Assembly (NCBI GenBank): GCA_963663545.1
Contig: OY760505.1
Location: 1,600,001-1,664,000, forward strand
Origin: Candidatus Delongbacteria bacterium
GTDB taxonomy: Bacteria > CAIWAD01
DNA length: 64,000 nucleotides
Reading direction: 5' to 3'
The stretch's first letter is position 1, and every line of letters starts with the position of its first letter. The notes beneath the pieces are model-generated. The model had not been told where the DNA came from. It saw nothing but the letters and a program-made list of their open reading frames with translations, and ran no database searches. A program made the translations under genes and the position numbers. Shown one piece after another: positions 1 to 9,903 of the stretch.

Positions 1-1420
1 ACAGGGAGTATCCCAGAAAAAGTGCGTTGTCAGCCTCTGCATTCACAAGCGCGGTCATGGGTGCAAAGAGGGTGTCACTCTGCTCAACAGCGCTCCTGTC
101 ATTATACAGGCTACCTTGTGCGTCGCTGTTGATGAAGAAGAACTGGCTGTGATACGGCACGGTAAAATTGATCGAACTGACGTACTCGCCAATACTCCAT
201 CCCGTCTGGCTAAGACTGTTTTGCTGCCAGCCAGCAAGGGCCTGTTCGCTTGTATCCGCTTCGCAGTTCTGGTACCACCGGTAGAAGTCCGATTCTTCTT
301 CCCAGGGAAGGGCACTGAATGACAAGCGGTCGTAGCTGGATATCACCTTTAGCGTTTGTGTGGTATCTGTAGTACTCACGGTATCAACAATTCCGATCCA
401 GTCGGGAACGAAGCTTGTATCACGTAGATCGATCGTCTTCTGCTCTACGATGGCGAAAACCAGCGAGTCGATCTGCACCCCCGTGTTACTATAGGTCACG
501 TCATCCAAAGTAAACGAGGCCAACACGTTTACATCCAGTTCTACACTGCTGTTAGCAGAGATCTGGACAAACTCGTCTGTATCACCGTCAGGGCCAACCA
601 ACTGCGTACCACTGTGCTCAATCCAGAAGGCACCGGAAAAATCCGGTACGGCATCAATGCGAAGGTTCAAGGCCGTTTCGCCGACATTCCAGAGCTCTAC
701 GGTCTTGACGAGATAGCTGTCCGCGGGAATGGCACCGAACGCAGTCAGATCGTAGCGTGACTCACGGAAGTAGCTACCCGACGCCACGACTTCAAGATTC
801 GTTCCCACGACCTGATCCACCAGCAGGATGTACCGATCCTCAGAGAGACACCGCACGGCGTAGTAATAGAAAGGTGGATTGTATTGCACGGGGATGTCCT
901 CGGTCCAGGTCTCCCAGCTTGCCAACACGTGCACCATGCTTTCGCGAACCTCGAACTGACTGAGGCTGGCTCGCAACTCATCCTCGCTGAGAACTTCATC
1001 CGTTGTCAGCCGCAGGATCTCCGCTGATTCCAGATAGTCGACGTCCTGGCTGCAGAGCTTGATGCTGATGCGACAGGTTACCGTGCTGCCGTCCTCATTT
1101 GGCTCGTCGGGCAGCAAGGGCGGAGAAATCAGCCAATCATTGTTGGCGCGGCGATCTGCGTTGTAACGGCAACCCATCGCATGTGTACCCTCAGGCGTCG
1201 ATGCGATGTAGTTCTCGCTCTCGGACATCTGCTGCCAACTGCTTCCCGAACTGTCAGCGTCCACGATGGTCCAGTTCAGTCGCCACTGATCGTCTTCAAA
1301 GCCCTCGCTCAGTACGGCATCTGTTAATACCTGACGGCCTCTTTTTTGTATCACACCAGCAACCGCACACAAGGCCAGTACTAAGAGCAGTCCATTCGCA
1401 ATGGTAACACGCCGTATCAC
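1..1420 (-). CDS. Secreted protein with cleaved-adhesin/choice-of-anchor J-like domain (3' end runs off the window)
   Basis: Not in the ORF track because no stop lies in the window. GTG at 1420 overlaps the nadC stop (GTGA). Hand translation gives MIRRVTIANGLLLVLALCAVAG (signal-like), then EGFEDDQWRLNWTIVDADSSGSSW...NNDWLISPPL, matching the cleaved-adhesin pattern. The frame was open at every point checked down to base 2. Confidence 0.7.
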   Translation of the reverse strand, partial: MIRRVTIANGLLLVLALCAVAGVIQKRGRQVLTDAVLSEGFEDDQWRLNWTIVDADSSGSSWQQMSESENYIASTPEGTHAMGCRYNADRRANNDWLISPPLLPDEPNEDGSTVTCRISIKLCSQDVDYLESAEILRLTTDEVLSEDELRASLSQFEVRESMVHVLASWETWTEDIPVQYNPPFYYYAVRCLSEDRYILLVDQVVGTNLEVVASGSYFRESRYDLTAFGAIPADSYLVKTVELWNVGETALNLRIDAVPDFSGAFWIEHSGTQLVGPDGDTDEFVQISANSSVELDVNVLASFTLDDVTYSNTGVQIDSLVFAIVEQKTIDLRDTSFVPDWIGIVDTVSTTDTTQTLKVISSYDRLSFSALPWEEESDFYRWYQNCEADTSEQALAGWQQNSLSQTGWSIGEYVSSINFTVPYHSQFFFINSDAQGSLYNDRSAVEQSDTLFAPMTALVNAEADNALFLGYSL

Positions 1421-2301
1421 AGTTCCACCTCCTCAACAAGCAGCGACAGATCAAAAGCCGGTGCGGAGTGGGTAATCGCGCCCAGTGAAATAAAATCTAC
1501 GCCAGCCTTGGCATATGAGATAAGTGTCGCTGCCGTGATACCACCGGACACTTCCAACTTGATGCGGCCCGCAGCCAGGGCAACGGCCTCCGGCACCAGG
1601 TCGGGCGTGAAGTTGTCCAGCATGGCGATCTCGGCTCCGGCGTCGACGGCAAGCTGCAGTTCATGAAGGCTTTCAACTTCGACCTCGATCTTCGCAGTCA
1701 GAGCCATTGTATCACGAAACTCGCGAGCTGCAACAATCGCCTGCGGTATTCCACCAGCTGCGCGAATGTGGTTCTCTTTGATCAGGAACATGTCGAACAG
1801 GCCGTGACGGTGGTTCGTTCCGCCACCGCAGCGAACCGCGTATTTCGCCAGCGCGCGCCATCCGGGGAGGGTCTTGCGCGTATCCAGAATGCGAAGACCT
1901 GCGGGCGCCAACTCAACGACCTTGTGCGTTGCCGTAGCAATGCCGGAAAGATGCTGCAGAAAGTTCAGCGCCGTCCTCTCGGCCGTAAGAATCACCTGCA
2001 GGGGCGCGTCAATCTCTACCAGTCGGTCCTGGGCGGCAACACTGTCGCCATCTTCCACCAAGATACGAAGCCGTGTATCACAGCCATCCGCTACTTCTTC
2101 GAATACGCACCGGACAAAGTCCATGCCGCAGATCACACCTGCCTGACGTGCTTCTATGCGCGCTCTGCCGCGGCGGTTTTGGGGAATGCAGGCCTGCGCA
2201 GTTATGTCTCCGCGAAGCCAGTCTGTATCACGGCCAAGATCTTCAGCCAGAGCCGCACGTACGCGGCAAAGGATTTCGTCTCGCGAGAGTTCCAGTCGCA
2301 T
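1417..2301 (-). CDS. nadC: Nicotinate-nucleotide pyrophosphorylase (carboxylating)
   Basis: Motifs ERTALNFLQHLSGIAT, DTRKTLPG, HRHGLFD, KENH, EVEVE, MLDNF, SGGI. Start trimmed to ATG 2301. Confidence 0.97.
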   Translation of the reverse strand: MRLELSRDEILCRVRAALAEDLGRDTDWLRGDITAQACIPQNRRGRARIEARQAGVICGMDFVRCVFEEVADGCDTRLRILVEDGDSVAAQDRLVEIDAPLQVILTAERTALNFLQHLSGIATATHKVVELAPAGLRILDTRKTLPGWRALAKYAVRCGGGTNHRHGLFDMFLIKENHIRAAGGIPQAIVAAREFRDTMALTAKIEVEVESLHELQLAVDAGAEIAMLDNFTPDLVPEAVALAAGRIKLEVSGGITAATLISYAKAGVDFISLGAITHSAPAFDLSLLVEEVEL

Positions 2302-2302
2302 T

Positions 2303-5300
2303 CTATTCTCCCAGACGCCCCTGGTAGCGCAAGCTGTTAATCCTGTCTTGGGCTGCTTTGCCGTAACTGGATCCAGGACCACGCTGCTGAATAATCTGCT
2401 GGTACAGATCAACGGCCTTCCGCGGTTCGCCTAGCTGCTCCCAGCACTGGCCCGCCTGATAGAGCGCGGTTACATCCCAATCCAGACGGGTCTCGCTACC
2501 AAGATAGGGCACCTTCATGTATTCAAGGATCGCCTGGCGGTACTCGCCCTTCAGCTGGGCGCACTCGCCCACGTAGAACTGGATAGCCGCCTCCTGCTCC
2601 ACGTCGGCCTCTGGTAGTTGCGCGCGCAGTTGCTCACGCGCCTGATCGAGATTGCCCATTTCCTTTTGCAGCAGGCCAATATCGATGCGCTTGGCCACTG
2701 CATCATCGGATTGCGGAAACTCGTCCAAGTACTGCCGGATCGTCTGCAGTGCGCCGTCGTAGAAGCCAAGCTCTTTGTAACACACGATTAGATTGTTGTA
2801 CGCGAAACGGCGTGAATCAGGATCGGCACACTCATCAATGGCCTTGCGGAATTCGATAATCGCCTTCTGCGTATCACCTTCGGCTCGATACAAATGACCT
2901 CGCATTACGGCGCCTCGTGAGGCCTGCTCGCTTCCTGGCCAGCGCTTTTGCAGCCGCTCCAGCTCCTCCATGGCTTCACTCTTGTTCCCCGCTCCCATCA
3001 GCACTTGCGCCAGCGTCAAAGAAGCCGTGGGAGCGAATCGCGTGTCGATGAAATGCTTGAGCACATGCCGCAAAGAAACGGCTGCCTCATCGTAGTCCTG
3101 ATGTGCCGCCAGGTATTGGCCCTTGGCAAGATTGAATGCAGCCTTGACTGTATCACTATCAACCTGCGCATCGAAGTCATGGAGATAACTGCGCATTTCG
3201 TCGCGCCCCTGATCAAGACGGCCATGACGATAGAGGGCGGTGATCCATTCGTAGCGCAACTGCGGATCAGGGCTCCGAGCTGCGCCCAACCGCTCGAGCA
3301 CAGTCAGGGCAGAACCAAATTGGTCGCTGTCGACATAGAGCCGTGCCAGCTCACGCATTGCCGCCTGTGTGCGCGGATCGTCAGGAAAGACCAGGATTTG
3401 ATTCTTCAAGTAAAGGATCGCGCGATCCTTCTCGCCCTTTGCCGCGAGAATCAGGGCGGTTCGATAGAGAGCGTCAGCGGCTCGCGGATCACGTCCCGCC
3501 CCCGCCAAATACTGGCGAAAAGCCTCTATTGCGTGTTGGGATTCACCCATTTCGTGATACGCCACGCCAAGGTTGTAGGACAGTTCGCGACTGGGGTCCG
3601 GTACAATATCAATGCCGCTATCCATCTTCTGCGCCTGCTGTTGAAGCTCATTGTAGATGGCAAGCGCGTCCTGTGTGCGCCCTTCCCGCAAGTAAAGGCC
3701 GGCAATCAAACGCCGCGCCTCATCTGCCGCTGGATGATAGTAACTCCGCGAACGCAGACGCTCCAGCAGATCAAGTCGCTCCTGGTCCTGTGTTACATCA
3801 AGCGCGGCTAGACGCAGTTCCGCCTCAGCAATTGCAGCGGAATCTGTATCACGTGCGATCAGCCGTCGATACTCTCCGGCAGCCATGACAGCTTCGCCCA
3901 TTAACTCGAAAGCGACTCCCAGGGCCAGCGACGCTTCTGGGCTAAGCGCATCACGCAGCCGCAGACTGTCTCCCCAAGCCAGAACAAACTCGATTGCATC
4001 ACGGCGGCTAGCGCCTTCGGTACACTGCGCCTCGATTGCACTCAAGCGCAGTAGACGATTGGCTGCCCGCATGGCATTTGCACTTCCGGCCGTCTGGGAA
4101 GCATAAACCTGTTGCCAGTGTAACACGCGCTGCTCTACCGCAGAGCAATCCACCTCTTCTACACCGGAGAGCTTGAGCGGCGAGTAAGTCAACTCGTCCA
4201 GTTTCAGCTCAGCTTCCAGCGCGTGTGAGCTGCGCGGATAGTCCTGGAGAAAGCGACCTAAAGCCTGCACCGACGCGGCATCATCGACGGTTTCCTCTTC
4301 AAGCACACATCGAACCAGACCCCATTCGGCTTCGGTGCGCAAGGCGACATCGGAACCCTTCGCCGCAAGCTCATACTGCTGACGGGCCTGGGCTACATCG
4401 CGCAGATAGTCCAGATACAAACCGGCGAACTCCAGCGCGAGCTGTTGCGGATTCTCCTGCTGATTCTGTCGGACCAGCAATCCAAGTAAGCGTTCGTTAA
4501 GGCCCGCACTCTCTGCATGTCGACGAATCTGTGATACATACAACGCGTCGGCCTGTGGACGCAATGGCGAGAGCGGATACCTCTCGGTAAACTCGCGCCA
4601 GGCAGCTGCCGCCGCAGCATAGTCCTGCGTACGCACGCCCAAGCGTATACGACAAAGGGCCAAATCGTCTGAGAGCGGCCCGGGCCTGCTTCCATAGCGG
4701 TGAAGTAGTGTCGCGGCAACTGCCGTCTCACCTGCCGCAATCAGACCGTCAATCAGTTCCACGGGAACGCCGACATCCTCCGGTAAGGCGCAAAGCGGAG
4801 CGCCAACCTCCGGCCAGGGCAGTACAGCTCCAGGCAACACGCGGCTGATGCGCTGCAACTCGGACAGGACAACAGGTAGCAAACGTGCTTCCGTTTTCCC
4901 TGCCGTTGCTCGCTTCAGCAGATCGAGGTAGAGCGAAAACGCAGCAGAAAGATTGCCTTGTCTCGCCTCGCACCAGGCCAAGCGAAAATCGCTATCTGCA
5001 TCTGGCTGTGATACACTGGCATAAGCTTCGACCGCACGATCCCAGGTACCAGCAAAAGCGTAGGCGTTACCAGCCAGCAAACGCAGACTATCCTGCAGCG
5101 CGGGATCATCTTGATTCGCGCCCTCTGACCGCAGCCACCCGGTGACACGTTCTGCCGTTGTGCTGTACTCACCGGCTTGAATGTGAAGGCTTGCGCTTGT
5201 AACACGCAGAAGAGCGCGCTGCGGCAATTGATTGTAATCCTGCAAAATGCCGTCAACACTTCGCTGCGCGTCAGCCAAACGACCGTCTTCGGCAAGCAGA

Positions 5301-5959
5301 TTCGCCAGATCGATAGCAGCAGCAGCCTGAACCTGTCCTGCTGGTGCCAGGCGCAGCAAGCGTTCCAATTCGCGCAGTGCACGACTGTGCTGACCTGCGG
5401 CAAGATCCATAAGAGCCAATCGACGACGCGCCTCGAGCGATGCCTCGTGCCGATCATAGGCGCGTAGTAGCTGCTGCAAGATCTCGCGACGCTGTTCTAT
5501 CTCCTCCCGCGGCCAAAGCTCTTCGCTGCGCAAAAGAGAAGAAGCGGCCTCCGGGCTATCTGCATAGTACTCCGCAACACGCCGGAGTGTGTGCGCCGCC
5601 TCATCACGACGGCCAAGCATAACCAAACAGTCGGCGGTGCGCCCAAAGGCTCCTGGAGCCAGACTGGACTGAGGATGATTGATCGCCAGGCGCTGCCAGG
5701 CCCTGCGCGCCTCTTCGTACTCGCCCAGGGCGAACCAGCACTCGCCTTCCATCTGTAGCACTTCGTCCAGGCGCTGGCTCTCTGGAAAGTCACGACGCAG
5801 GCTACGGCATTGCTCTGCCGCCAAGTCGTACACGCCGTCGGCGTATAATTTGCGAGCATACTCCAGCTCGCGTGCCTCTCCCTGGCCGGCAGCGGCCACG
5901 GATTGCAGCGGCAGCAAAAAGCTCAACAGCACCAAAAAGCTCAGGAGAATTGTGCGCAT
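2303..5959 (-). CDS. Large exported tetratricopeptide-repeat protein (~1218 aa)
   Basis: Signal peptide MRTILLSFLVLLSFLLPLQSVAA followed by many TPR units with YfiO/CpoB-like 'YP.S' turns. Confidence 0.85.
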   Translation of the reverse strand: MRTILLSFLVLLSFLLPLQSVAAAGQGEARELEYARKLYADGVYDLAAEQCRSLRRDFPESQRLDEVLQMEGECWFALGEYEEARRAWQRLAINHPQSSLAPGAFGRTADCLVMLGRRDEAAHTLRRVAEYYADSPEAASSLLRSEELWPREEIEQRREILQQLLRAYDRHEASLEARRRLALMDLAAGQHSRALRELERLLRLAPAGQVQAAAAIDLANLLAEDGRLADAQRSVDGILQDYNQLPQRALLRVTSASLHIQAGEYSTTAERVTGWLRSEGANQDDPALQDSLRLLAGNAYAFAGTWDRAVEAYASVSQPDADSDFRLAWCEARQGNLSAAFSLYLDLLKRATAGKTEARLLPVVLSELQRISRVLPGAVLPWPEVGAPLCALPEDVGVPVELIDGLIAAGETAVAATLLHRYGSRPGPLSDDLALCRIRLGVRTQDYAAAAAAWREFTERYPLSPLRPQADALYVSQIRRHAESAGLNERLLGLLVRQNQQENPQQLALEFAGLYLDYLRDVAQARQQYELAAKGSDVALRTEAEWGLVRCVLEEETVDDAASVQALGRFLQDYPRSSHALEAELKLDELTYSPLKLSGVEEVDCSAVEQRVLHWQQVYASQTAGSANAMRAANRLLRLSAIEAQCTEGASRRDAIEFVLAWGDSLRLRDALSPEASLALGVAFELMGEAVMAAGEYRRLIARDTDSAAIAEAELRLAALDVTQDQERLDLLERLRSRSYYHPAADEARRLIAGLYLREGRTQDALAIYNELQQQAQKMDSGIDIVPDPSRELSYNLGVAYHEMGESQHAIEAFRQYLAGAGRDPRAADALYRTALILAAKGEKDRAILYLKNQILVFPDDPRTQAAMRELARLYVDSDQFGSALTVLERLGAARSPDPQLRYEWITALYRHGRLDQGRDEMRSYLHDFDAQVDSDTVKAAFNLAKGQYLAAHQDYDEAAVSLRHVLKHFIDTRFAPTASLTLAQVLMGAGNKSEAMEELERLQKRWPGSEQASRGAVMRGHLYRAEGDTQKAIIEFRKAIDECADPDSRRFAYNNLIVCYKELGFYDGALQTIRQYLDEFPQSDDAVAKRIDIGLLQKEMGNLDQAREQLRAQLPEADVEQEAAIQFYVGECAQLKGEYRQAILEYMKVPYLGSETRLDWDVTALYQAGQCWEQLGEPRKAVDLYQQIIQQRGPGSSYGKAAQDRINSLRYQGRLGE

Positions 5960-5969
5960 TCCGGCCTCG

Positions 5970-8372
5970 TCATGATTGCAGTCGAAGCTTGGCAAACTTG
6001 GCCACCATCTTCTTCACGCCCACGGAATCAAAACGGATCGTGAAGCGGGTTTCGGCCCCGAAGCCCGCCCGGTTGATCACCTTGCCCTGCCCGTATTTGC
6101 TGTGCAGGACCATCGAACCCACACCAATCTCATCGGGATCACTGATTTCAGGCTCCTGGGACAGACTCTCATAATCTACTGAGCCCGAAGCGCTCGAGCG
6201 AAAGGGGCTGTACTTGTTCAGCAACTCTTCCTGAGCTCTGCGCAAGGGGGAGTTGGTTGGTTTGGGTCCTACACGTAGCGGTGGAGGCGCCTGGGCAGCC
6301 GGCGTAACACGTTGCTTGCGCCCGTCACTAAACAAGCCGGAATCCTGATTTGAGGGCCGTCTCCGTGGCACTGTATCACGCGCATTTGGCTCGCGTGATC
6401 CACCGCCGAAGTTCTGTGTGCTGCGGTTGCCAGTAAAGAAGCCGCCTTGCAGACTCCCGCCATGCTCCAGCATATCGTCTGGAATCAGATCGACAAAACT
6501 AGACAACATGCCCGCTTGACCGCTGCCACCGAAGCGTCTCCGCCACGCAGCGTGACACAAATAGAGTTCCTTGCGCGCGCGCGTGCAGGCCACATAGAAC
6601 AATCGCCGCTCTTCTTCCAGGCCGTCGGGATTCTCCCAGGAGTTCCCCAGCGGAAACAGGCCCTCTTCCAAACCAGTAACGAAAACCGTGTCGAATTCAA
6701 GACCCTTTGCTGCGTGTGCCGTCATCAGTGTTACATGGTCCCCGCTATCGTCCCAGCTGTCGATATCGCTGACGAGGGCCACCTCCTCAAGAAAACCAGG
6801 CAGGCCCAGGTCGCTGTTCTCACAATAGTCAGCCAGCGATGAGCGCAGTTCGCGCACGTTCTCCAGTCGGTCTTTGCCCTCGGGACCTTCAAGCAGAAGC
6901 GCGTCCTCGAGCTTGATCTGCTCCAGCAAGTCGTCGAAAACATCGATGACAGCGTCGCCGCCTGCAAGACGCTGCCGCAGTCCAGCCAGCAAGCCCGCGA
7001 AGGACTCCAGCGAGCGCGCCACCTTTGGGCCAACGCCCTCAATGCCATCAGCTCCAGAAAGCAGCTGTGTCACATTCATGCGATTCTGATATGCGTAATA
7101 CAGCAGACGCTTGAAACTTGTATCACCGATTCCACGACGCGGATAGTTGATCACCCGCGTCAGACTGACGGTGTCGTCCGGGTTGGTCAGCAGGTGCAGA
7201 TAAGCCAGCACATCTTTGACTTCGCGGCGTTCGTAAAAGCGCGTGCCACCTACGATTTGATAGCGCATCGCATTGCGACGAAAAGCCTCTTCGAGCGCGC
7301 GCGACTGCGCATTCGTCCTGTAGAGGACCGCATATTCGCTCAACTTACGCCCTTTCTCCAGTCCCTTTCGGACCTCCTGTAACACGAGCGCGGCTTCGCC
7401 CTTTTCATCATCACCCGCCAACAGAACGATGGGCGCGCCCTTACCATTCTCCGTCCAGAGCTTTTTGTCTTTGCGGCCCTCGTTTTGTGATACAACGGCA
7501 TGGGCCGCATTAAGGATGGTTTCCGTGGAACGATAATTCTGCTCCAGCTTGAACACGCGCGCAGAAGGCCAATGCTCCTCGAAGCCAAGAATGTTGCCAA
7601 TGTCAGCTCCACGCCAGCCATAGATGGACTGGTCGTCATCACCCACTACGCAGAGATTGTTGTGGGCGCTGGCTAGCAACCGCGTCGCCTCAAACTGTGC
7701 CGCGTTCGTATCCTGGTACTCGTCAATCAGGATGTAGCGAAAGCGCTCCTGGTAGAACTTCAGGCGATCGGGAAACTGACGGAACAAATCGATGGGCCGC
7801 AACAGCAGATCATCAAAATCCATTGCATTGGCCTGCTTCAGTCGACGAACGTACTCGCGATAAACGCTCACGAGTTGTTCGTGAACGAATCCGCTGTCCA
7901 TCGCTTCAAAGGCGTCGGGATCGAGCATGGAATTCTTGGCGTCACTAATGCGCGCCCTCGTACCCTTGGGGTTCAAACGATTGGTGCTCAACTCCAGGTG
8001 TTCCATGCACTGCTTGATCAGTTTAAGCTGATCGTCGCTGTCGTAAATAGTGAATTGGCGATCGTAGCCCAGCAGCTCGGCTTCGCGCCGCAAAATGCGC
8101 GCAAACAGGCTATGGAAAGTCCCCACCCACATCTCACCAACGGCCTGTCCGACCAGGCTGGCAATACGTTCCTTCATCTCGCGGGCCGCTTTGTTGGTAA
8201 AGGTAAGCGCGAGCACTTGCCAAGGTCGACAAGTACCCTGGTCCAGTAACCAGGCGATGCGATGAGTAAGAACGCGAGTCTTTCCACTGCCCGCACCAGC
8301 AAGAATTAGTACGGGGCCATCAACCGACTGTACAGCCTCACGCTGCACAGGATTGAGAGTCGTCAGATCCAA
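5970..8372 (-). CDS. uvrD: ATP-dependent DNA helicase UvrD/PcrA
   Basis: AGAGSGKT, TFTNKAA, DEYQD, VGDDDQSIYGWRGA, LEQNYRS, HAAKGLEF, EERRLFYVACTRA, and a C-terminal Tudor-like domain. Confidence 0.97.
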   Translation of the reverse strand: MDLTTLNPVQREAVQSVDGPVLILAGAGSGKTRVLTHRIAWLLDQGTCRPWQVLALTFTNKAAREMKERIASLVGQAVGEMWVGTFHSLFARILRREAELLGYDRQFTIYDSDDQLKLIKQCMEHLELSTNRLNPKGTRARISDAKNSMLDPDAFEAMDSGFVHEQLVSVYREYVRRLKQANAMDFDDLLLRPIDLFRQFPDRLKFYQERFRYILIDEYQDTNAAQFEATRLLASAHNNLCVVGDDDQSIYGWRGADIGNILGFEEHWPSARVFKLEQNYRSTETILNAAHAVVSQNEGRKDKKLWTENGKGAPIVLLAGDDEKGEAALVLQEVRKGLEKGRKLSEYAVLYRTNAQSRALEEAFRRNAMRYQIVGGTRFYERREVKDVLAYLHLLTNPDDTVSLTRVINYPRRGIGDTSFKRLLYYAYQNRMNVTQLLSGADGIEGVGPKVARSLESFAGLLAGLRQRLAGGDAVIDVFDDLLEQIKLEDALLLEGPEGKDRLENVRELRSSLADYCENSDLGLPGFLEEVALVSDIDSWDDSGDHVTLMTAHAAKGLEFDTVFVTGLEEGLFPLGNSWENPDGLEEERRLFYVACTRARKELYLCHAAWRRRFGGSGQAGMLSSFVDLIPDDMLEHGGSLQGGFFTGNRSTQNFGGGSREPNARDTVPRRRPSNQDSGLFSDGRKQRVTPAAQAPPPLRVGPKPTNSPLRRAQEELLNKYSPFRSSASGSVDYESLSQEPEISDPDEIGVGSMVLHSKYGQGKVINRAGFGAETRFTIRFDSVGVKKMVAKFAKLRLQS

Positions 8373-8408
8373 CTCTCCTGCTCCTTTCTGGGGTCAATGT
8401 CTGGAGGC

Positions 8409-9611
8409 TCAATCCCCCGCGGATTCAGACGTGAGCCCGGCTTCCTCCTGCGACAAGGCTTCCTCGTCACCGGTAAAGGGCTCAACAAGCTCGGCCGCGG
8501 TACTGTCGTCCACTTGTGCGAGTTCCGCATTCAGTGTGTCGACAAGGATATCCTCGACCTCGCTTGAGCGCTGTCGGCGATTCTCACGCCGCAGCTGATC
8601 CAGGGGTTTGCGGTTTTCCAGGTGCTGCGCGTATGTGCGCGCAAAACTATGCCTGCCATCGCCACGTGCAACAAAGTACAGGTAATTGCAGCGTGCCGGG
8701 CGTATCACAGCCTTCAAGGCCACACGGCCGGGACTGTTGATCGGCCCAGGCGGCAGGCCGGCATATCGGTAGGTGTTGTAGGGCGAGTCGATTTCCAAAT
8801 CGCGATAGAGCAGACGCCTTGGCCCGTCGGTGAGCAGATACTGCACCGTCGGATCTGCCTGTAGCTTCATACCGCGCTTCAGGCGATTCAAATAGACGGC
8901 GGCAATGGTGTCGGCCTCAGAGGTCCACTGATACTCCGCCTGTACAATGGAAGCCAGCGTTACCAGCCGGTGTAGATCCAATGTATCACGCATATTCGAT
9001 GAGAGCATTCCGGCAAGCACTTCGCGGAAACGTGTGCAGGTGCGTACAAGAATATCCTCTTCGCTATCCAGGGCACTGAACTCGTATGTATCCGGAAAGA
9101 TCAAGCCCTCAAGCCCGGGAAAGCCCTCGAAGCCTTGTGCCTGTGCCAGGCTGCTGTCGTGAATCAATTCCAGGAAGCGCAACGAATCCAGGTCTGTGGC
9201 TTGAACCAGTTCGTGCACAATGCGCTTGGCATCCCACCCCTCCAGCAGTGTGACACGAATGCTGGGCACGCTGTATTCCTGCAGACGCAACAACATTTCG
9301 CGAATGGACATCTGACTGGAAAGCACGAAGGTTCCCTGCTGAATGCCGCGATCCAGACCACCGAAGCGCGCTGCCATCTGGAAGCGCCGCGGATCGTTGA
9401 GAATACCTTCAGCGTGCAGGCGGCTGGCAATCTGGGGCAAGGTCATTCCTTCGCGCACCCGCAGATTGAACACGCGCACAACATCCGGATTGGCTTTTCC
9501 GGAGAGTAGCCAGTGGTGAAAGCGCAGACCAGCCACTGCAACCAGAGCAATTAGCGAAAGCAAAAGCAGTAGCCAACGATAATGGTGCCACACCGATTTG
9601 CGCCAGCGCAT
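8409..9611 (-). CDS. mltG: Endolytic transglycosylase MltG (YceG family)
   Basis: N-terminal TM helix; LEGLIFPDTY, LASIVQAE, LQADPTVQY, SPYNTY, GLPPGPINSPG, YLYFVA. Exact start uncertain. Confidence 0.93.
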   Translation of the reverse strand: MRWRKSVWHHYRWLLLLLSLIALVAVAGLRFHHWLLSGKANPDVVRVFNLRVREGMTLPQIASRLHAEGILNDPRRFQMAARFGGLDRGIQQGTFVLSSQMSIREMLLRLQEYSVPSIRVTLLEGWDAKRIVHELVQATDLDSLRFLELIHDSSLAQAQGFEGFPGLEGLIFPDTYEFSALDSEEDILVRTCTRFREVLAGMLSSNMRDTLDLHRLVTLASIVQAEYQWTSEADTIAAVYLNRLKRGMKLQADPTVQYLLTDGPRRLLYRDLEIDSPYNTYRYAGLPPGPINSPGRVALKAVIRPARCNYLYFVARGDGRHSFARTYAQHLENRKPLDQLRRENRRQRSSEVEDILVDTLNAELAQVDDSTAAELVEPFTGDEEALSQEEAGLTSESAGD

Positions 9612-9850
9612 GAGTATTGAGGCTGAGGCTTTCTTCTGTGTCACGACTTGGCCCACCCCCGCTTGCAATCCCTTGAAATTCTTGCGCTTAAGGAGTGAAA
9701 AGGTAAGGAACTCACGTCTGTCAGTCAATCGGCGAAACACGGAAAGCCACACCTACAATCATCTCGTCCAAATAGCCATACACTCCCGCACTTCGTTACA
9801 GATCGCCAGCGCAAGACGCCGTGATACACGCCCGTCACCTTCATACAAAC

Positions 9851-9882
9851 AAAGAAAAGGCCCCGTCCGAAGAAGGGGCCTT
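9851..9882 (-). terminator. Intrinsic terminator closing the TBDR/PorV operon
   Basis: AAGGCCCC...GGGGCCTT stem followed on the minus strand by a T-rich tail, ~20 nt after the stop at 9904. Confidence 0.85.
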
Positions 9883-9903
9883 GTAGAAAGCAATGTTTCC
9901 TGC

